Source: Lama guanicoe
Taxonomy: Eukaryota
Reading direction: 5' to 3'
NCBI GenBank assembly: GCA_013239625.1
Contig: MU054187.1
Span: forward strand, 19,876,200 to 19,931,796
Length of the DNA: 55,597 nucleotides
The notes beneath the pieces were generated by a model. The model was not told the DNA's origin, searched no databases, and saw nothing but the letters and a program-made list of their open reading frames with translations. The translations under genes and the position numbers were made by a program. This document shows positions 48,918 through 55,597 of the stretch, one piece after another (within the stretch, counting starts at the first letter, position 1; the number at the start of each line of letters is the position of its first letter).

Positions 48918-50024
48918 TGGTTGCAGATAGAGGCTGGCGCTCAGGCTTTCATGATGGCAGGACTCTGTTACTGCATTACAATTCGTGGTTTCCAGGTTTA
49001 ACTTGAGACCTGTGAGTTAGAAGAAGTGGACCTTGGGAGATCCCCAAGCAGATAATTATACATTAAAACATCCATTTTGTTTGAGGGGCTTTATTTCTGA
49101 GGCAGGAAGGATACCGAAGGGGAGCTTCAATCAATCATCATCATGGAGGGTTCATTAGATAAAAATTTCAGTCATATTTCACTTTTAACAGTAAAAATTA
49201 AAAAATTTAGTATTTGAACAAAAAGGTGAAATATTGAAGCTTATTTATTTTAATTTATGTATAAAATAATCTAAAAGTTTGGACTTGCTGTATTTTCTTT
49301 CATTTCTTGCACTAGAGAAATGTGCTAGGATGAGCCTGCAATGAAGTCTTAGGTTACATCTGTAATTGGACAGATCGGTGCATTGTTGACTGATCCTTAT
49401 ATAAGAACTGAATAACAAAAGACTAAAATAAGCTTTTTATACTATTTAAAATGTGTAAATATGTGACTTTCTGGGATTTGTCTGTAATTATAAATTTTAT
49501 AAATGAAACAGATTTCTGTTGGCTGTATTATCTTGTATGTTTGGGGGTGGGGGGGAGTATGATGACAGTTGGATTGGGAAGGAGGGATATTTTAGCTTTG
49601 CTTATAATTGGCTCTTATTTGATTTCATAGGCTTTGGAAAAGTTAAAGCAGGGAAATGTTCTGTGTCTGAATGTCTCAGTTAAGTAAAATCGTATTTTAA
49701 GACAAATTTTAGCTATTTTTATCTATGGTCACTATTCATACCAATTTTTAACAATCAGCTTTATTGTTTATTTTCTTATACAAGAAGTAACTGTTGCTTA
49801 CAGAAATTTAAAATGTATCAAAAATCAAAATCAGATATAATCTTACCTGGCAAAAATAATAAAATTGGGATTATATTACTTACAGAGTTTTATTTATTTT
49901 TTCCTCATAATATTATATCTAAATATTTCCCATTTTTCAAAAACATATATGTTTATCCTAATTTATTTGACCAGTCTCCAGTTTTTGGACACTTGGGATT
50001 GAAATGTGTAATATCATAGCAGGT

Positions 50025-50250
50025 TACAGCATGGGTTTTGGAATCATGCTGTCTGGATTTAATTCTTGGTCCCCAAATCTACTAGCTGTGTGATGTCAGG
50101 AAATTTCCTCTTCTGAGCTTTTATGTCCTTGTGAATAAATTGCAGAAAAACATAATATGTACCTAAGAGATAGATACGAAGATTACATGGTTTAACCTAT
50201 GGAAAAATGCCATGGCACATAGTAAACACTGCACAAATATAAACTGTTAC
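50025..50250 (+). mobile_element. MIR SINE
   Basis: 'tactagctgtgtgatg' and 'catggcacatagtaaacactgcacaaatat' are MIR motifs. Confidence 0.7.
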
Positions 50251-51334
50251 TGTTTCCAATTATTTTCTATTTTCAATAATTTATGAATTTCAAATAATCT
50301 CGTAATATTTCTACTTGGTTGGATTTGGCAGAATTCCCTGTTATTGTCAGAATTACTCTTAGGTATTTTATATTGCTTTTGTTAGCTATTTATAATAGTC
50401 TTTTATAATAGTAAATAGCTATTTATAATAGTGAAATCTTTCGTCTTCATTGCATTTTCAATTGCTTGTTATTTGTATGTCTTTCAGTTACTGATCTTTA
50501 GATATCAATCCACTAAAGCTCTACTACACTTTTAGTAATCGTTGAAATGGAATATTTCCTTTAAGGCATAAGGGGCATCTTAGTAAAATTGTCTGTTTCC
50601 ATTTTTTGAATTAATTTTTTGAAAATTAATATTTTGATAGTTTTTAACTTTTCTTACCAGAATATTGTTCTTTTTAATTTTCAGGTTTCCTTTGAGTGGA
50701 TTTTGAAATTTTACACTTTTTTTTTTCTAGGAAATCTATTTCACAAATTTCCTTTCAAATATCTTAATGTATAATTTTGTATTTAATTTACTGATAATTT
50801 CCTCATTATCAGACCCCCTTTTCCATGTTTAATTTTATGCACTTATTATTCAGTCTTTTATTATTGACTAGATTTTCTAGAGATTTATTAACAATATTAT
50901 TTTTAAGAGAAAATATAAGCTTTGGATTCATTTAATTGTTTTCCTTTTGTTTCAAGGAAACAAAATTATAGTCTTGTTTTTAAATGTAGCTATTAGTATA
51001 ATTTCTCCAGGTCAATAATTAGCTTATTTTTTGAAAGTTGGAGAATATATTTATCATAAATGTGCCTCTGAGTTTTTCTTTGCTTGCAGTTAGTTCGTTA
51101 TCATACAGTTTTCTTTTTTCTCATTTTCTTGTATGATCCCAAATTTTAGAAAAGTGTATTTTTGACTCCAATGTTATTTAGATTTTTAAAAAATGATTTT
51201 ATCATAATTTCTTCTCTTGCTTATTAGCTGTTGGGGCAGTTTGCTTTATCTTTGAGTCTCCCGGTTACGCCGTGCTCCAAAATGCTGCTGGAAGCATCTT
51301 TTTAAAAGCAGTATACTCTCCATAATAAATGTTG

Positions 51335-51490
51335 CTTAAGGGTACAAACCTGCAACTGGTAGATAAATGAATACTGGAGATCTAATGTACAGCAGTGATT
51401 ATAGTCAACAATACTGTATTATAACTTCAGAGTTGCTAAGAGATTAGATCGTCATTTCTCATTACAAAAAAGAAATGATAATTATATGAA
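51335..51490 (+). mobile_element. L1 3'UTR fragment (L1MA-like)
   Basis: 'aagggtacaaac', 'ctggagatctaatgtacagc', 'caatactgtatt', 'ttgctaagag'. Confidence 0.75.
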
Positions 51491-53871
51491 CAACTTTGTC
51501 ATTATATGTTTGTTTCCTTCATGGAAAAAAAACAATACAGTTAAGCCATGAATTAAAAGCCTCTGACCACTGCCTTCGTGAAGCCTAGGAAAAATCTGTG
51601 TAGTAGAACAATCTTTCGTATTCACCTTTTATGTTTTGTACGTAGATGAAAATTCAGAGTATTTAAATCAGTTCTTTGCTCCCATATTTACCATCTCTAC
51701 TACCATATTGAACACACTGAGATGATCGACAAGCAAGCTATTTGAGTTAATCATTCATAGTTCTCAGTCTATCATAGCATAGCTGCCTAGTGACTCATGA
51801 ATTTGATGCCAGCTGACATTCCTTTGCTTGTGACTGTCCTAAATTCAGCTCCATCCATAGTCACCCATTTGTTTCTCCAATCAATAGTGTTCCTTCTTGT
51901 AAAACCCACCAGATAAATCATTGAAGAGTTGTTTAATGATTATTTTACCATTAATCACTTTAAATATCTACATGTTTTTATAGACATCATCACTAGAAGT
52001 AGGGTACCATGATTGACATAATTGTTTTATCATTCTGTGTTCTCACCTAACAAATTGTTTCATTTACGTAGTGAGTGTATTAAAGAAGTGGGACATGTGG
52101 TAAGGCATCAGATTGGCTATTCCTTCTCTGAGGTCTTCACTCATCTTCTCCTACAACAAGGAATTTTACTTTCTGAAATAATTTTGAAGTTGACTTTGAA
52201 GGGAACTTTAAGGAATTTTAATTTACTGTTTGATTATAATTTTCATTTTATTACTCCAAACCCCTCCTCCACTTAGCTCTTGGCAAAGCACTCTGGTGAT
52301 TTGATTTCAAAATGTTCTTGATGTTGGACTGTAAATGGTGCTGTAAAGTGCCCCTCTGCAGATACGGTGCAGGGCTTCCACATAAAAGATTCAAGGTTTA
52401 GGCTCATTTGACTTCCCCTGGTAGTAAAATCAGTGCTATAAATAAGCATGGAAATATGTCTTGCTGGGTTTATATTCACTCATTGCCAACTTGCAAATCG
52501 TGGTTGGGTTCGGACCACTTCGGATCTCTTTTCCTAGTAAATTCATTTGATGGAGCTACAGGGATAAAACCAGAGAATGACGAAATTTCTCTCATTATCA
52601 TGAATATCTCCAAGTTCCAAGCTGTTTCTAGTGTCGTGTCCTACTATTTGAAAACAATGAACAAAGTTACTAACTTTTGGAAGGTGAATGAAAAATTACA
52701 CAGAAATTACCGAAGTCAGAGTTTTGAGTACATAAGCGTTGACGGGAAAGTAAAAGAAAGGAAAAACATAAGAGGTAAAGCACAAAATAGGAGTTCTGGG
52801 AATTGAAAGACATCTTTGCCTATTTCAAAATTGACTTTAAAGGCTAAATTGTGCAGCCAGGGAAAGGACGGTTTTAATTCAGGAGGGGGAGGTTGAAGGC
52901 AGATCTTTGTTCTCCTCTGTCTCTTTCAAGCAACTCTCCACATGCTTTGCCTCTAGTCCCAGCCAACTCAAATGCTTGGATGAGCTACTAAGTAGAAATA
53001 AAAATGATAATTCTCTTTTATTTCTTCTTTTTCTATGCAGTCATAATAGGGGGGTTTTCATTAAACATGGGAAGATAAAAAATGGGAAATGCACTTTCCC
53101 TGAACTCTCGCAATGTTCTATAAAATGTTCAATTAACTGTACTTGCCACTGTCCTTATTTCTTCCCATGCTCTCTAGAATGCATGACGTCTCTCTCGTGT
53201 CTTGGTTAACATTAAAAAAGAGAGCCGATTTATTATTTTTTACTGAACTCAGAATAGCTGGGTGAATAAATGCTACTACTTATCATTTCATTTGCTTCAT
53301 GACCTGTTGTTTAAACATCTGAGGATCCATAACACAGTAAGAACTAAAACTATCTTAAAGGAAAAGTAAGCTAGTAGATAATAGGAAAAAAAACTTGATT
53401 TTCCCCATGCGTTTGTGCACCATATCCAGCCACCATGTAAGAGCCAAGCAAATAATTTCATTTAGAGAAATGATAATAATGAAAATTGAGTTGGTTAAGA
53501 ATCTGAGGCATTTCCCATAGAGAAATTGGTGTAAAAATCCCACCTCTGTAATGTAATAACTGTGTGATCAGGGGTAAGTTATTTGTTCTAAGCATTACTT
53601 TCCTCCTTTGTAAAACAGATAAGCATATTTAACTTACAATTTGTTTTAAGAATTGAGACACTGGATGATAAACAGGAGTTGTAAGTGATACAGGGTAACA
53701 GCTCAATAGCTCAATGATGCTGTTGTCAATGGAAGTGAAGCAAGAACCTCTTCTGTCATTGTTATAGCTATGGTACTGTTTTGCCGTAAAAGAGCAAAAG
53801 TCAAAACAGTGATTTCTCTTTTTATTTCAGAAAATGTGAGTCTAGCTCTGTCAGTTTCTATTAAGAGGGAA

Positions 53872-53920
53872 GTGTGTGTGTGTGTGTGTGAAAGAGACGG
53901 AGAGAGGGACAGAGAGAGAG
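53872..53920. repeat. Compound (GT)n/(GA)n microsatellite
   Basis: About 9 GT units followed by interrupted GA units. Confidence 0.9.
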
Positions 53921-54375
53921 GGGGACAATATACCGGCACTGTGGGTGATAATGTTCCCTCCTGGGTGTACTTATGTTGATTGCTTTAAAACATGATTTAG
54001 TGGCAGTGGAGGGGAAAGAGCAATTGACTTGGAATAAGAAAACTCAGGTTTATGTCTCAGCCCTGCCAAATATTGATTGTATTAAATACTTGATTCATGT
54101 AGGTACCCAGCAAATGTTTATTAGGTTTAAGGACAAATGAGTTGTTACTCCCTGAATATCGGGGTTGGATATAATTTCAGTAGGCTGTACTATTTGCTTC
54201 TTTTAAAGATCTTGAAAGAGTGATGAGAACTTGAAAGCAAACTTAGGTCAAGTAAGTGTCCATGTCTTTGGAACAGATTGAAGCTGCTAGAAATGTCACA
54301 TCTTTCAAAATGTTTTCTTTGCTGACCCAGAGCCACTAATAGGGATTTCATTATTATTGAATGATTTATCTAGGT

Positions 54376-54875
54376 CAGTGATTCTCACTTTTTGTCTTGG
54401 GACATTTTTCTACTTTTAAAAATGGCTGGAGATGCCAGAGAGCTCTTGTTTAGGTGGATTATATTTATTGATATGGCTGTATTACTGTACTAAAATTTAA
54501 AACAGAAATTTAAAACTATTGTAAGACCATTACATGTTAACATAGGTGATATTTTCATGATAAAGAACTACATTTTCCAAAACAAACAAAAAAATTAGAA
54601 GAGTGAAATCCCTTGCCCCCTTGATTATTGCAAATATGATTAATGTCTGGCTTAAGAGAAGGAAGCTAGATTCTCTGATCTATTTCTGCATTTGCTTTGT
54701 TGAGATGACATCTATCATGTGGCTTTTGGAAAACAGTATATACATATCAAATAATGAGTGAAAAAAATCAATGAGTATCTTGGATTTGCTGTGAAATAAA
54801 TCTTGACCTAGTAGGTCTCCTGAAAAGATCTCAGGGACACCTGTGGGTTCCTAGCCCACATTTTGAGAACCAGGG
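54376..54875. mobile_element. Charlie1-like hAT deletion derivative
   Basis: TIR-like ends cagtgattctca ... tgagaaccaggg; internal 'ccattacatgttaacata', 'ttaatgtctggcttaa', 'cccacattttgagaac'. Confidence 0.75.
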
Positions 54876-55104
54876 ATATTGGTTAACCATTATTTTTTTC
54901 AGCTCTCTTCTTTTAAACTCAGACTCAGAAGGGACACTACGTGTACTCAACACTGTAGGGTGAATTGATTAAATGATCGAGTCCTGAGTGGGAGAGAGGG
55001 GAAGAATAAGACCAATGTAGATCTGAAGGGAATGTGGCCTTGAAAAATGTGGGAAATGGGAAGCAATGAATCCTAATATCAATTACATTTTGCAGTTTGC
55101 AAAC

Positions 55105-55195
55105 TGGCTCCATTACTTAATAGCGGTTTAAATTTGGACCAGGTACTTAATCTTTCTAAGTCTCAGGTTCCCCATCTATAAAAATAAGGATAATA
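55105..55195 (+). mobile_element. MIR 5'/core part, interrupted by the L1
   Basis: 'tacttaatctttctaagtctcaggttccccatctataaaaataaggataata' is the MIR core. Confidence 0.75.
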
Positions 55196-55597
55196 CTCTT
55201 GGATTGGAAGAATCAATATTGTTAAAATGGTCACACTGCCCAAGGCAATCTACAGATTTAATGCAATCCCTATCCAATTACCCAGGACATATTTCACAGA
55301 ACTAGAACAAATCATAATAAAATTTATATGGAACCATCAAAGACTTAGAATTGCTAAAGCATTACTGAAGAGAAAGAAAGAGGCTGGAGGAATAACTCTC
55401 CCAGACTTCAGACAATACTATAGAGCTACAGTCATCAAGACAGCATGGTATTGGTACCAAAACAGACATATAGACCAATGGAACAGAATAGAGAGCCCAG
55501 AAATGAACCCACAAACTTTTGGTCAACTCATCTTCGACAAAGGAGGCAAGAATATACAATGGAATAAAGACAGTCTCTTCAGCAAATGGTGTTGGGA
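55196..55597 (+). mobile_element. Young 5'-truncated LINE-1 (ORF2 region), running off the window end
   Basis: Open frame [25 protein letters not shown]...DSLFSKWCW; ungapped match to 383-784 with about 24 mismatches in 402 nt. Confidence 0.97.

Noticed and set aside
52408..52806. 132-aa ORF in unique DNA
   Set aside because: TTG start, no recognisable domain and no clear splice signals; I cannot support it without a homology search.
1..55597. CRISPR array, operon or novel multi-gene system
   Set aside because: There are no regularly spaced repeats and no gene-dense region; the only long ORF with recognisable homology is L1 ORF2.

Overview
This window is AT-rich mammalian genomic DNA, most likely from a camelid (alpaca/llama/camel) because it carries two tRNA-Ala-derived vic-1-type SINEs. 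I see no convincing host protein-coding exon, CpG island, RNA gene, CRISPR array or prokaryotic system, so it reads as intronic or intergenic. It is a mosaic of transposable elements. Two young, 5'-truncated, same-orientation LINE-1 copies sit at the window ends; the first has an uninterrupted ORF2 C-terminal frame. Between them are older L1, L2 and MIR fragments, ERV and MaLR LTRs (several nested, with visible target-site duplications) and hAT/Tigger DNA-transposon fossils. Most notable: a probable poly(A)-tailed retrocopy of an unidentified mRNA 3' end (26791-27083, minus strand); a long imperfect palindrome in non-repeat-looking DNA (48816-48917); the two L1s truncated within 17 nt of each other; a diverged ~72-bp duplication; and RFX/SOX motif clusters. 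I found no support for a novel biological system. Repeat family names come from remembered consensus sequences, and counts were made by eye.
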